Assembly: GCA_023247725.1 (NCBI GenBank)
Contig: JAHFFW010000003.1
Location: forward strand, 704 to 64,703
Direction of reading: 5' to 3'
From: Candidatus Omnitrophota bacterium
GTDB taxonomy: Bacteria > Omnitrophota > Gorgyraeia > Zapsychrales > JAHFFX01
Length of the DNA: 64,000 nucleotides
Shown here: positions 11,450 to 20,694 of the stretch, piece by piece
How the letters are laid out: each line of letters begins with the position of its first letter
How positions within the stretch are numbered: position 1 is the first letter of the stretch
Position numbers and translations under genes: made by a program
The notes under the pieces: model-generated
What the model saw: the letters and a program-made list of their open reading frames with translations, nothing else
Databases searched by the model: none
What the model was told of the DNA's origin: nothing

Positions 11450-12760
11450 ATGTCAGCGACCAACGGAAAATCTATAACTTTATCCTCCAAACTGCAAGAT
11501 ATCGACTTCGGCACCAAAGCGAGCGTCCCAGGATGGTTGCGCCAGCTGCGCTGCGAAGGACGAGAACGATTTAACCAGATGGGGATCCCCAGCGTCAAGG
11601 ATGAGGAGTGGAAATATACGAATGTAACGCCCTTAGCCGAGCGCCAATTCCATTTTCCCATGGAGTTCGCACTCAAAGAAAAGGCACTGCTCAAGCATTA
11701 CCTCAATCCTCAAGAAACCAATATTGTTCTGGTCAATGGCGTTTACTCGGAAGAATTCTCCAATGTGAAGAATCTGGTGAAGGGATTAACCGTAACCAAT
11801 CTCACCGTTCAGGCTGACAATGCTCAGTTGAAAAAACTCATTAATCTTTTTCCTTCCACCTATCCGGATGTCTTTGCTGCTTTAAACAATGCTTTACTTC
11901 AGGAAGGGATCTTTATTCAAATTGATGATGCTACGGTCGTCCAAAAGGTTATTCACGTGGTGCATGTGGCAAACCCAACCAATCATGACACCATCATTGT
12001 GCCGCGGACATTGATCTCCATCGGCAAATCGGCACAGGTTGACATTCTGGAAAGCCATGTAGGTTTTTCATCGGGAGCTTATTTCGCCAATGCCCTCACC
12101 GACATTTTGATTAAAGAAAACGCAGCGGCTCATTATTGCAAGGCCCAGGCCGAAAGCAAAGGCGCCTATCATATTGGGTCGACCCGGATTTGGCAGAAGC
12201 GCGATAGCAATTTAGAAACTTTTTCTTTAACGGTCGGTGGAACTTTGACGAGAAATAATTTGAATATTATTTTGGAAGAACCCGGAACAACCACATTTCT
12301 CCATGGACTTTACACCATGAAGGAGGAGCAGCATGTGGACAACCATACCTGTGTGGAGCACCGTGCCCCGAACTGCACCAGCAACCAGCTTTATAAAGGA
12401 ATCTTGGACCAGCACTCGCGGGCGGTCTTTAACGGCAAGATTATTGTCAGCCGGGAAGCGCAACAAACCAATTCCTATCAACTGAATAAAAATCTCATGT
12501 TGGGCTCTGATTGCCGGATTGATACGAAACCCCAGCTCGAGATTTTTGCCGATGATGTCAAATGCACGCACGGCGCCACGATCGGACAGCTCAACGAGGA
12601 TGAAATCTTCTATTTGAAATCCCGAAATATTCCCCAAGATCTAGCGGTAAGAATACTGGCTCGGGGATTCGTCGATGATATCCTCAACCGTCTTCCCAAT
12701 CAATCCATTTGCGAAAAGCTCAATCAATTGCTGTCCTCGGCCATTGACGTTTTAAAGTAA
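11450..12760 (+). CDS. sufD: Fe-S cluster assembly protein SufD
   Basis: 436 aa SufB/D-family beta-helix protein sitting between sufC and sufS. Confidence 0.85.
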   Translation: MSATNGKSITLSSKLQDIDFGTKASVPGWLRQLRCEGRERFNQMGIPSVKDEEWKYTNVTPLAERQFHFPMEFALKEKALLKHYLNPQETNIVLVNGVYSEEFSNVKNLVKGLTVTNLTVQADNAQLKKLINLFPSTYPDVFAALNNALLQEGIFIQIDDATVVQKVIHVVHVANPTNHDTIIVPRTLISIGKSAQVDILESHVGFSSGAYFANALTDILIKENAAAHYCKAQAESKGAYHIGSTRIWQKRDSNLETFSLTVGGTLTRNNLNIILEEPGTTTFLHGLYTMKEEQHVDNHTCVEHRAPNCTSNQLYKGILDQHSRAVFNGKIIVSREAQQTNSYQLNKNLMLGSDCRIDTKPQLEIFADDVKCTHGATIGQLNEDEIFYLKSRNIPQDLAVRILARGFVDDILNRLPNQSICEKLNQLLSSAIDVLK

Positions 12761-12777
12761 TCGGTCCTCCTCAAACG

Positions 12778-14010
12778 ATGAAGACCCGCACCGCATTTCC
12801 CATTGATGTGATCCGCAAGGATTTTCCGAATCTGTCGGTAACAATTCACGGCAAGCCTCTCGTGTATTTGGACAATGCGGCGACAACGATGAAACCGCGA
12901 ACGGTTCTGAACGCCTTGAAACGTTTCTATGAAAACGAGAATTCCAACATCCATCGGGGGGTCCATCATTTGAGCCAGGTGGCCACGGAGGATTATGAGG
13001 CGACCCGCGATAAGATTCGCGACTTTACCAATGCCCGCCATCGCCAGGAAATCATTTTTACCAAAGGCGCCACCGAGGCCATTAATCTGGTTGCCCAAAG
13101 TTACGGCCGGACTTTTTTAAACAAAGGCGATGAGATCATTATCTCCCACATGGAACATCATTCCAATATTGTTCCCTGGCAGATGCTCTGTCAGGAAAAG
13201 AGATGTGTTCTCAAGGTGGCACCCATCAATGATCAGGGCGAGCTCATCTTTGCCGAATATGAAAAGCTTTTATCAGAGCGCACGAAAATTGTGTCTATGG
13301 TTCATATATCGAATTCCTTGGGGACCATCAATCCGGCTAAGGATATCATCGCTGCGGCGCATCAATACAAAGCCAAGGTTCTCATTGACGGCGCGCAATC
13401 GATCAATCATAAAAAAATCGATGTCCAAGATCTGGACTGTGATTTCTTTGTTTTCTCCGGACATAAATTATTTGCTCCCACGGGAACCGGTGTTCTTTAT
13501 GGCAAGTTGGAAATACTGGACGCCATGCCGCCGTGGCAGGGGGGAGGAGACATGATCGCCTCCGTCACCTTTGAAAAAACGACCTACAATACTTTACCCA
13601 ATCGCCTCGAAGCCGGAACTCCACATATTGCTGGGGTAATTGGTCTGGGTGCGGCGATTGATTACGTCCATTCCATCGGGATCGATGCCATAGAGGAATA
13701 TGAACACGAGCTTCTCCAATACGGGACAAAGGCCCTGACTGCGATTCCGAGGTTGCGCCTCATTGGAACGGCAAGAGACAAAGCCGCCATTTTGTCTTTT
13801 GTCTTGCCCAATGTGCACCCCCATGACGTCGGAACGTTGGTCGACCAGGACGGGATTGCTATTCGAACGGGTCACCATTGCACCATGCCCTTGATGAAAC
13901 GGTTCAATGTTCCGGCGACATCTCGGGCTTCCTTGAGTTTTTATAACACAAAACAAGAACTGGACAAGCTTGTGGCTTCTATCCGACGAGTTAAGGAAAT
14001 CTTTCCATGA
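12778..14010 (+). CDS. sufS: Cysteine desulfurase SufS
   Basis: Class V aminotransferase fold; PLP lysine region SFSGHKLF.PTGTGVLYGK; conserved active-site Cys near the C terminus (GHHC). Confidence 0.9.
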   Translation: MKTRTAFPIDVIRKDFPNLSVTIHGKPLVYLDNAATTMKPRTVLNALKRFYENENSNIHRGVHHLSQVATEDYEATRDKIRDFTNARHRQEIIFTKGATEAINLVAQSYGRTFLNKGDEIIISHMEHHSNIVPWQMLCQEKRCVLKVAPINDQGELIFAEYEKLLSERTKIVSMVHISNSLGTINPAKDIIAAAHQYKAKVLIDGAQSINHKKIDVQDLDCDFFVFSGHKLFAPTGTGVLYGKLEILDAMPPWQGGGDMIASVTFEKTTYNTLPNRLEAGTPHIAGVIGLGAAIDYVHSIGIDAIEEYEHELLQYGTKALTAIPRLRLIGTARDKAAILSFVLPNVHPHDVGTLVDQDGIAIRTGHHCTMPLMKRFNVPATSRASLSFYNTKQELDKLVASIRRVKEIFP

Positions 14011-14474
14011 CCGAACCCATCGACATCCGCGCCGACCTTTATCAGGAAATCATCCTCGAGCACAACAAAAAGCCGCGCAATTTTAAGGTCATGGATCACC
14101 CAACGCATTTCGCTGAAGGCTATAATCCCTTATGCGGGGATCATTTGACTGTTTATTTGAAAGTGGATCCAGAAGGAACCATCGAAGATGTTTCATTTCA
14201 GGGTTCGGGCTGCGCGATTTCGCAGGCATCCGCATCCTTGATGACAACCTCCATCAAAGGCAAGAAGGTCAAGGAAGCGGAAATTCTTTTTGATCAATTC
14301 CATCGGTTGGTCACCTGCGCGCTTGATCCAAAGAAAGATCCTCATCAACTGGGCAAATTGACCATCTTCACCAACATCTGGCATTATCCGGCCCGCGTCA
14401 AATGTGCGAGCTTATCCTGGCATGCGATGCACGGGGCTTTGAATAAAGTTCAGAAAGTTTCGACCGAAGAATAA
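14007..14474 (+). CDS. sufU: SufU/IscU-type Fe-S scaffold (sulfur acceptor for SufS)
   Basis: 155 aa with the GYNPLCGD and GSGCAISQAS motifs. ATGA overlap with sufS. Confidence 0.85.
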   Translation: MTEPIDIRADLYQEIILEHNKKPRNFKVMDHPTHFAEGYNPLCGDHLTVYLKVDPEGTIEDVSFQGSGCAISQASASLMTTSIKGKKVKEAEILFDQFHRLVTCALDPKKDPHQLGKLTIFTNIWHYPARVKCASLSWHAMHGALNKVQKVSTEE

Positions 14475-14477
14475 TTG

Positions 14478-14510
14478 GTGACTCGTCGTCCGTGACCTGT
14501 GGCGCGTCAA
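14478..14510. repeat. GC-rich intergenic repeat, family B (half element)
   Basis: gtgactcgtcgtccgtgacctgtggcg shares gtgactcgtcgYccgtg with 41707-41762 and gtgacctgtggcg with 44388-44488. Confidence 0.4.
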
Positions 14511-14517
14511 ATTAGAA

Positions 14518-15567
14518 GTGATCAATCATTTTATGAATTGTCCAAACTTAATCAACCCCATCAGAGACACGTTCGGCCGTCCGCTTCACGATCTGCGCAT
14601 CTCGGTCATTGATCGCTGCAATCTGCGCTGCAACTATTGCATGCCTGCCGAAGACTCCCATAAGTCTTACAATTTTCTGAAAAAACCCGAGTGGCTCACA
14701 TTCGCGGAAATTACTCGCCTGGCCAAAATTTTTATTTCTTTAGGAGTCGTCAAACTTCGCCTCACCGGTGGAGAACCTTTGCTGCGTCCAGGTCTTCCGG
14801 ATTTGGTTCGGCAATTGAGTGCTTTATCCGGCGTCGAAGATTTGGCTTTAACGACCAATGGAATTCTTTTAAGTGAACTCGCCAGCGAACTACAAAGAGC
14901 CGGCCTCAAGCGCCTGACCGTGAGCTTAGATTCCCTGGATGATGAAATCTTTCGTCGAATGAATGGAAACAAAGGCCATGCTTCCGAGGTCCTCGCTGGA
15001 ATTGAAGCGGCGCAGAAAGCCGGCTTTACTCCGATCAAGATCAATTGCGTTGTCCAGAAAGGTGTGAACGATCACACGATCATCCATCTCGTTCGGTATT
15101 GTAAAAAGGCGGGCCATATCTTGCGGCTCATCGAATATATGGATGTCGGCAATCAAAATGGCTGGAGGTTAGAGAACGTGGTTCCGTCGCGGGAATTGGC
15201 GGAGGTGATCGGCCGGAAAATTTCCCTTGTTCGCTTAAACGCCCATTATCGGGGAGAAGTGGCCCTGCGCTATGGATTTGCCGATGGATCAGGCGAGATC
15301 GGATTTATCTCGTCGGTCACTCAACCATTCTGTTCTACCTGCAATCGGGCCCGGATTTCGACGGATGGAAAACTGTATACCTGTTTATTCGGATGGAAAG
15401 GAACTGACTTGCGCAAACTTCTCAGAGAAGGAGCCTCCGATATAGAACTAAGAGATATCATTGCGCAGACTTGGCAAAAGCGAGAGGACCGCTATTCGGA
15501 ATTAAGATCGAAGCTCATCCAAAATCCTCATCCGCCTAAAATTGAAATGTTTCAAATTGGCGGATAA
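14518..15567 (+). CDS. moaA: GTP 3',8-cyclase MoaA (radical SAM)
   Basis: CNLRCNYC radical-SAM motif and a second C-terminal Cys cluster. GTG start at 14518 from the track; an ATG 15 nt downstream is also possible. Confidence 0.9.
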   Translation: MINHFMNCPNLINPIRDTFGRPLHDLRISVIDRCNLRCNYCMPAEDSHKSYNFLKKPEWLTFAEITRLAKIFISLGVVKLRLTGGEPLLRPGLPDLVRQLSALSGVEDLALTTNGILLSELASELQRAGLKRLTVSLDSLDDEIFRRMNGNKGHASEVLAGIEAAQKAGFTPIKINCVVQKGVNDHTIIHLVRYCKKAGHILRLIEYMDVGNQNGWRLENVVPSRELAEVIGRKISLVRLNAHYRGEVALRYGFADGSGEIGFISSVTQPFCSTCNRARISTDGKLYTCLFGWKGTDLRKLLREGASDIELRDIIAQTWQKREDRYSELRSKLIQNPHPPKIEMFQIGG

Positions 15568-15570
15568 GGT

Positions 15571-16530
15571 CTACCAAATCGCTGACTGCTCCTCCTGAGG
15601 CTTGCCCAGAAAATCCCCCACAAATCTTACCTCCCGCACCAAATCCAAATCGAATTTTTCTTTCACAAGACGCTTCATCTGCAAATGCAAATCAAAGACA
15701 TCCTGCGCGCGGCAGCCCTTGCCCTTGACGATGATGTTCGCATGTTTAGGAAAAATATAAGCACCCCCGACGGATAAATCCTTGCCGCCGGCCTGGTCTA
15801 AAAACCATCCGGCGGCCTGGCGTTTGCCGGCGCTGGAGGTGGGTTCAATATTACGAAAGAACGATCCGGCACAAGGATATTCTTTAAGATCAGGGTGCTT
15901 TTCTTTCCGAGTGGCCAGGATCTCCTGACGTTCGTGCATCATTTGAAAAGAATGCCCCTGCTTTAATCCGAAAACCGTCTCGACCACAATATCACCGGTT
16001 TCTTTTAATCTCGAATGGCGGTAACTGAAACCACATTCACCCGGACCATATTTTTTCTCCTGCCCTTGCCGCGTGATCACGGTCACTTCTTTCATCATAT
16101 CGCCGACCTGTTTGCCAAAGGCGCCCGCATTGCCAACGATGGCGCCGCCAACAGTCCCGGGAATTCCCGAGGTATAGGTCAAGCCTTCGAGCCCTTCATT
16201 GATCGCAAAAAGGGCCAGGCTATCAAGAGACGTGGAACCGCTGACGAGAAGATCATAGCCTTGCCGCTCAATCAAAGGAGTCGGAGAACAGTAACGCACG
16301 ACGATACAATCAAGGCCTCGGTCGGAAATGACCAGATTGGAACCGCCGCCGATCAAAATAAACGGGAGTTTTTCCTCCAGCAATTGCCTGACGACGGACC
16401 GTAATTGTGCCGGGGCTTGACAGAGAATGAGCCTCGGGCAAGGACCGCCCAATTGGAAGGTTGTATAATCACTGAGTTTCGCTTGGGGAAGGATGCCGAC
16501 CTGAAGATCACCAAAACCCTTGGCCGTCAT
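15571..16530 (-). CDS. murB: UDP-N-acetylenolpyruvoylglucosamine reductase MurB
   Basis: FAD-binding fold with GGGSNLV and a MurB C-terminal domain, 319 aa. Confidence 0.9.
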   Translation of the reverse strand: MTAKGFGDLQVGILPQAKLSDYTTFQLGGPCPRLILCQAPAQLRSVVRQLLEEKLPFILIGGGSNLVISDRGLDCIVVRYCSPTPLIERQGYDLLVSGSTSLDSLALFAINEGLEGLTYTSGIPGTVGGAIVGNAGAFGKQVGDMMKEVTVITRQGQEKKYGPGECGFSYRHSRLKETGDIVVETVFGLKQGHSFQMMHERQEILATRKEKHPDLKEYPCAGSFFRNIEPTSSAGKRQAAGWFLDQAGGKDLSVGGAYIFPKHANIIVKGKGCRAQDVFDLHLQMKRLVKEKFDLDLVREVRFVGDFLGKPQEEQSAIW

Positions 16531-16739
16531 GCCGTATCTTTCACGTATAAAGGTTGGCCTTCTTCAAATCGGGCGAGTAAATACAAAAAATCCGATAAAC
16601 GATTGAACCAAACGATCAGTTGAGGAATGGGCGTTTTCGCTGCGAGACGGGATGAATTTTGGGGAACCGCTTCGCCGGAAAAAAGCTGGGAGGATCCCTG
16701 ATCCCTGGTTTGCGTTGTAATGGGTTTGACCTTTGACAT
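16527..16739 (-). CDS. Hypothetical 70-aa protein between moaE and murB
   Basis: Starts 12 nt after the moaE stop and overlaps the murB start by 4 nt (coupling geometry). I recognise no motif. Confidence 0.4.
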   Translation of the reverse strand: MSKVKPITTQTRDQGSSQLFSGEAVPQNSSRLAAKTPIPQLIVWFNRLSDFLYLLARFEEGQPLYVKDTA

Positions 16740-16751
16740 GCTGGCCTTTCC

Positions 16752-17270
16752 TTATTTCTTCAAAACCGCAGGGGAATTTCGCTTTTGACGAGGAGTGTGC
16801 CCGATTCGTCTGCGGACAATGGTGTGGGAATGCGTATGATCATTTCTTGATCCAGAACACTCCGTGCAAATAACCCACGCCGATTGCCGGTTGAGGTAAT
16901 ACTCTTTTTTCCAAATGGGGAGCCGCATTTTGATGTTATCAATGATATAACGGCAGGCCGCAAAGGCATCTTGCCGGTGCGCCGAGGTGACCCCAACCCA
17001 CACCGCCATGTCTCCTACCGCTAACTTTCCGACGCGATGAACGCATTTGGCCTTGAGGATGGGAAACTTTTTTTTCACTTCCTGAAAAATCGCTTCGGCT
17101 TCCTTGGCACACAATTCCGGGAAAGCCTCGTATAGAAGTCCGGATACGCGCTTGCCTTCATTGTGATCGCGCACCCAGCCTTCGAAGATGGCTAATGCGC
17201 CAGCCCGAGGAGAACGCAAGGATTCTTTAAGTTTGGCTCCCTCTAAAGGTTGAGGAGAAAGGGAAAACAT
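16752..17270 (-). CDS. moaE: Molybdopterin synthase catalytic subunit MoaE
   Basis: 172 aa; MoaE-like core (GAL.IFEGWVRDHNEGK, MAVWVGVTSAHRQDAF, IWKKEYY). Confidence 0.85.
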   Translation of the reverse strand: MFSLSPQPLEGAKLKESLRSPRAGALAIFEGWVRDHNEGKRVSGLLYEAFPELCAKEAEAIFQEVKKKFPILKAKCVHRVGKLAVGDMAVWVGVTSAHRQDAFAACRYIIDNIKMRLPIWKKEYYLNRQSAWVICTECSGSRNDHTHSHTIVRRRIGHTPRQKRNSPAVLKK

Positions 17271-17277
17271 GGGAATG

Positions 17278-17320
17278 ATAAAAGTGTTAAGTGTTACTTG
17301 TCACTTGAAACTCTACACTC
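17278..17320. repeat. Family A repeat copy (AAGTGTTAAGTG core) in the 48-bp moaE-fdx spacer
   Basis: aaaagtgttaagtgtta... matches the cores at 17580-17610 and 31377-31446. Confidence 0.4.
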
Positions 17321-17573
17321 AAAAACTCGCCTTCACCACGCCGCCCACAATCACGCACTGACAACCCAGGCGGTGGGTTCGATCCATCGCCAAATCCTTT
17401 TCTTCCTGGTTCAATTCTCCCAGATTGTCTTGGCCTTCCAAGATATTGATCTGGCAGGTGCCGCAAACACCTGAGTTGCAGGAGAAGGGAACGCCGGCCT
17501 TTTCGCAAATCACGTCCAGTCTTGTTCCCTCCGGGATTTCGTATTCGATGTTGTCGATGATGAATTTGGCCAT
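17319..17573 (-). CDS. 2Fe-2S ferredoxin
   Basis: 84 aa with a CNSGVCGTCQ...GCQC Cys pattern (C-x4-C-x2-C ... C) of plant-type [2Fe-2S] ferredoxins. Confidence 0.85.
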   Translation of the reverse strand: MAKFIIDNIEYEIPEGTRLDVICEKAGVPFSCNSGVCGTCQINILEGQDNLGELNQEEKDLAMDRTHRLGCQCVIVGGVVKASF

Positions 17574-17579
17574 TGGATT

Positions 17580-17862
17580 CAGTGTAAAGTGTTAAGTGAA
17601 AAGTGTTAAGAGGAAACCCTTAATGATCGAGGCACTTGCCTAAACTAAAAACCATTTTGCATACTTCAACACATCAATGTTACGGTAAAGATTTCGTTCG
17701 TGAAGTCGAGGGTTTTTTGATAAACCTTTAATTTTTCAAAATCAAATTCAAAATCGTTTTGAGTCATGCTTCCTCCTTTGACTGATTGTCTGTCCAGTTG
17801 AAATGGGAAAACCGAACACTCAAAACACTTTTAACACTTAACACTTGGCACTTTACACTAAA
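17580..17862. mobile_element. MITE/IVS-like element of about 285 bp. Imperfect terminal inverted repeats built on AGTGTAAAGTG...AAGTGTTAAG enclose a truncated four-helix-bundle ORF.
   Basis: Left arm 17580-17610 (cagtgtaaagtgttaagtgaaaagtgttaag). Right arm 17816-17862 is its reverse complement (cttaacacttttaacacttaacacttggcactttacact) and overlaps the ispH stop. Confidence 0.45.
17666..17767 (-). pseudogene. Truncated four-helix-bundle protein (23S rRNA intervening-sequence protein / DGR Avd family), 33 codons
   Basis: MTQNDFEFDFEKLKVYQKTLDFTNEIFTVTLMC* matches helix 1 of the family (FE.L.VYQ.a..l..EIy..T). Perfect AGGAGGA RBS 5 nt upstream. No continuation in any frame. Confidence 0.45.
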
Positions 17863-18778
17863 CCATCGGCATCGGAAAGACGATATTTTTCTCCGGGTCA
17901 TCGAACTCATGCACAATCGCGTCCGGAGAAAACTCTTTGATCCTTTCAATCAATCGATCCACAATGACGCGAGGCACGGAAGCCCCGGAGGAGATGCCAA
18001 TGGTTTGTTTTCCCCTTAACCAGTCAAAATCCAATTCCTCCGCCGCGTCGATGATATGGCTCGGCACACCTTCTTGCTCACCGGTTTCTCGAAGGCGGTT
18101 GCTGTTGGATGAATTCGGAGATCCGCAGATGATGATGCAATCGCAAAATTTGGCCAGTTCCTTAACGGCATCCTGGCGGTTCTGAGTGGCATAGCAGATA
18201 TCTTCGCGAGGGGGAGCAACCAGATGAGGAAAACGTTTTTGCAATTTTTCAATTAACCCTTTGGTTTCGGTCACCGAGAGGGTGGTCTGGGTTAGGTAGC
18301 CAACGGATTTTTGCGGATCAATGGTAAGGGCGAGAATATCGTCTTCGTCCTCGACAATATGCAAAAGCTCCGGCGTCACGTACCCGGCTGTTCCAATCAG
18401 TTCCTGATGGCCTTTATGACCGATAAGAACAATTTCATAACCATTCTTGGAGAATTGAATCGCCTCGCGATGAACCTTATTCACCAGAGGACAAGTGGCA
18501 TCGATGTATTTGAGATTCTTGCGTTTGGCCTTCTCGATAACCTCCGGAGCCACGCCATGGGCACTAAAGATGACCCTTTCACCATCCGGAATCTGCGAAA
18601 GATCATCCACAAAAACAACCCCGCGCTTTTTAAAATCATTCACCACATAGGTATTATGAACGATCTCATGAAAAACGTAGAGGGGAGCCCCATATTTTTG
18701 CAGGACCGCTTCGACAATCTCGACCGCACTGGCAACGCCGGCGCAAAACCCCTGTGTCCTGGCCAAATAAATTTCCAC
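17858..18778 (-). CDS. ispH: 4-hydroxy-3-methylbut-2-enyl diphosphate reductase IspH
   Basis: MEIYLARTQGFCAGV start with the three conserved Cys of LytB; 306 aa. Confidence 0.9.
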   Translation of the reverse strand: MEIYLARTQGFCAGVASAVEIVEAVLQKYGAPLYVFHEIVHNTYVVNDFKKRGVVFVDDLSQIPDGERVIFSAHGVAPEVIEKAKRKNLKYIDATCPLVNKVHREAIQFSKNGYEIVLIGHKGHQELIGTAGYVTPELLHIVEDEDDILALTIDPQKSVGYLTQTTLSVTETKGLIEKLQKRFPHLVAPPREDICYATQNRQDAVKELAKFCDCIIICGSPNSSNSNRLRETGEQEGVPSHIIDAAEELDFDWLRGKQTIGISSGASVPRVIVDRLIERIKEFSPDAIVHEFDDPEKNIVFPMPMV

Positions 18779-18919
18779 TTCTAACTCCTTTTAAAATGAA
18801 GAAAAAGCCTCGAGGCATTGGCTGAATAACCATTGAATTCCCTCGAGAATTTCTCTATAATTTTCGTAAATTATAACATTTTACCTTCTCATTTTGAATA
18901 CTATTTTAGACTAAGATCC

Positions 18920-20158
18920 ATGTCGAAATCACCCAGCCAGCTGCCACCACGTCGCAAAACTCCGAGTGTTCCCATAGGGCCTGTTCAATTGGGAAGTCAG
19001 CATCCGGTTGCCATCCAATCGATGACCGATACTCCGACCTCTGAGGTCGTCAAAACCCTTGAACAAACCGTTGAATTAATTGAAGCCGGCTCTGAGCTGG
19101 TTCGCTGGACGGTCAATGATGACGACGCGGCCAAGGCCGTTCCTCATATCATCCAGCGCCTGAGAGATCGCGGATTGAAGACTCCGATTATTGGTGATTT
19201 CCATTTTAATGGCCACACCCTTTTGGCCAAGTATCCGCAAACAGCTAAGACCTTGGATAAATACCGGATTAACCCCGGCAATGTGGGCCGCCGGGAAAGG
19301 CACGATGAGAATTTTGCCGAGATCATTCGTATCGCGATCGCCAACGGCAAGGCTGTGCGCATCGGCGTCAACTGGGGGTCGCTCGATCAAGAATTATTGA
19401 CAGAACTGATGAATAAAAATGCCCGACTAAGAAACCCCCAACCAGCCCGCGAGGTGACGATCGAGGCCATGATGCAATCCGGGTTACGAAGCGCCCAGTA
19501 CGCGCAAAAGCTTGGGCTTCCCAAAAACAAAATTGTCCTCAGCTGCAAAATGTCGGTTTTACAAGACATGGTCGAAGTTTATACAAAAATTGCCAGGCAA
19601 TGTGATTATGCGTTACACTTAGGTTTAACCGAAGCCGGCGGTGATATTCAAGGAATCGCGGCAAGTTCTGCCGCCCTCGCGATTTTATTGCAGCAGGGAA
19701 TCGGTGATACGATTCGGGTTTCTCTAACACCCCAGCCCAAGGTCAAACGCTCCCGAGAAGTGGAGGTCGCCAAGGCGATTCTCCAGGCCATGGGTTTGCG
19801 GTACTTCAAACCGAGCGTCACCAGCTGTCCTGGTTGTGGTCGCACCTCCAGCACTTACTTTCAAGACCTCGCTCAAGATATCAATGCCCACATCGGAGTC
19901 AAGATGTCGCAATGGCGACAACTATATCCAGGCGTAGAAAAGCTCAAAATCGCGGTGATGGGCTGTGTCGTCAATGGTCCCGGAGAATCCCGTCATGCGG
20001 ATATCGGCATCAGTTTACCAGGCATGAGTGAAAATCCAGTAGCCCCCGTTTATGTTGACGGGAAGGAATTTGTGGTTTTGCGCGGAGAACGGATCAAAGA
20101 TGAATTCATCAGTATTCTAGAAAAACACATTCAGAAAAAATTTGGGAATAATTTTTAA
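18920..20158 (+). CDS. ispG: HMBPP synthase IspG/GcpE. The ATG at 18920 is preferred over the upstream ATG at 18833 given by the ORF track.
   Basis: GcpE TIM-barrel plus a C-terminal 4Fe-4S domain (CPGCGRTS...GCVVNGPGE), with an insert domain between them. Confidence 0.9.
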   Translation: MSKSPSQLPPRRKTPSVPIGPVQLGSQHPVAIQSMTDTPTSEVVKTLEQTVELIEAGSELVRWTVNDDDAAKAVPHIIQRLRDRGLKTPIIGDFHFNGHTLLAKYPQTAKTLDKYRINPGNVGRRERHDENFAEIIRIAIANGKAVRIGVNWGSLDQELLTELMNKNARLRNPQPAREVTIEAMMQSGLRSAQYAQKLGLPKNKIVLSCKMSVLQDMVEVYTKIARQCDYALHLGLTEAGGDIQGIAASSAALAILLQQGIGDTIRVSLTPQPKVKRSREVEVAKAILQAMGLRYFKPSVTSCPGCGRTSSTYFQDLAQDINAHIGVKMSQWRQLYPGVEKLKIAVMGCVVNGPGESRHADIGISLPGMSENPVAPVYVDGKEFVVLRGERIKDEFISILEKHIQKKFGNNF

Positions 20159-20164
20159 AACACT

Positions 20165-20662
20165 ATGGTCTTAGCTAATAACTTTCAAGAGATTAATGAA
20201 TGGGACAAAAAGGCCTTTCGCTTAATGGCCTCAGATGTGGTTTTAGCCTCGTTGATGTTCATGGCGGCCTTGTCCGTCTGGTTATTCCAGGATCGTGCCA
20301 TCGATCACCTCTTTAAAATTTTTTTCTACATTGGTTTGGGAACCGCCCTCCTTTATGGCGGGAATCGCGCCAAAATCTATTTGATATATTTTGCTCTCGG
20401 AAATTTCTTCTACGATCTTTGGGATGCGATTCCTTATGCGGATTCCATCTCTATCCTCCAATCGATTGTCATCAATGGGATCATTGTTGCTTTTTGTCTG
20501 AAATCTTTCACAAAACAGCAGATGTTTCCTTTCGTGATCGTGTATACGTTAGCTCTCTATTTGCTGCCGGCCGTTGGGCTTCCTTTCATCAATCGCCCAT
20601 ACAAAGATGTCAAAAATCCTATACCGAAAAGGAAATCCAATTTATTCAAAGCCGTGGACTAA
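20165..20662 (+). CDS. Hypothetical integral membrane protein (about 4 TM)
   Basis: 165 aa with four hydrophobic segments. First gene of a tightly packed eight-gene + strand operon after ispG. Confidence 0.5.
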   Translation: MVLANNFQEINEWDKKAFRLMASDVVLASLMFMAALSVWLFQDRAIDHLFKIFFYIGLGTALLYGGNRAKIYLIYFALGNFFYDLWDAIPYADSISILQSIVINGIIVAFCLKSFTKQQMFPFVIVYTLALYLLPAVGLPFINRPYKDVKNPIPKRKSNLFKAVD

Positions 20663-20694
20663 AACAAATTTCTACCCATGAGGGAGAACTTTTG

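Noticed and set aside
16405-16623. 72-aa + strand ORF near the murB start
   Set aside because: It is antisense to murB and the 70-aa minus-strand ORF, with no supporting signals.
17368-17385. GGTTCGATCC T-loop-like motif
   Set aside because: It is inside the ferredoxin coding sequence with no cloverleaf context.
18311-18784. 157-aa + strand ORF
   Set aside because: It is entirely antisense to ispH. Spurious.
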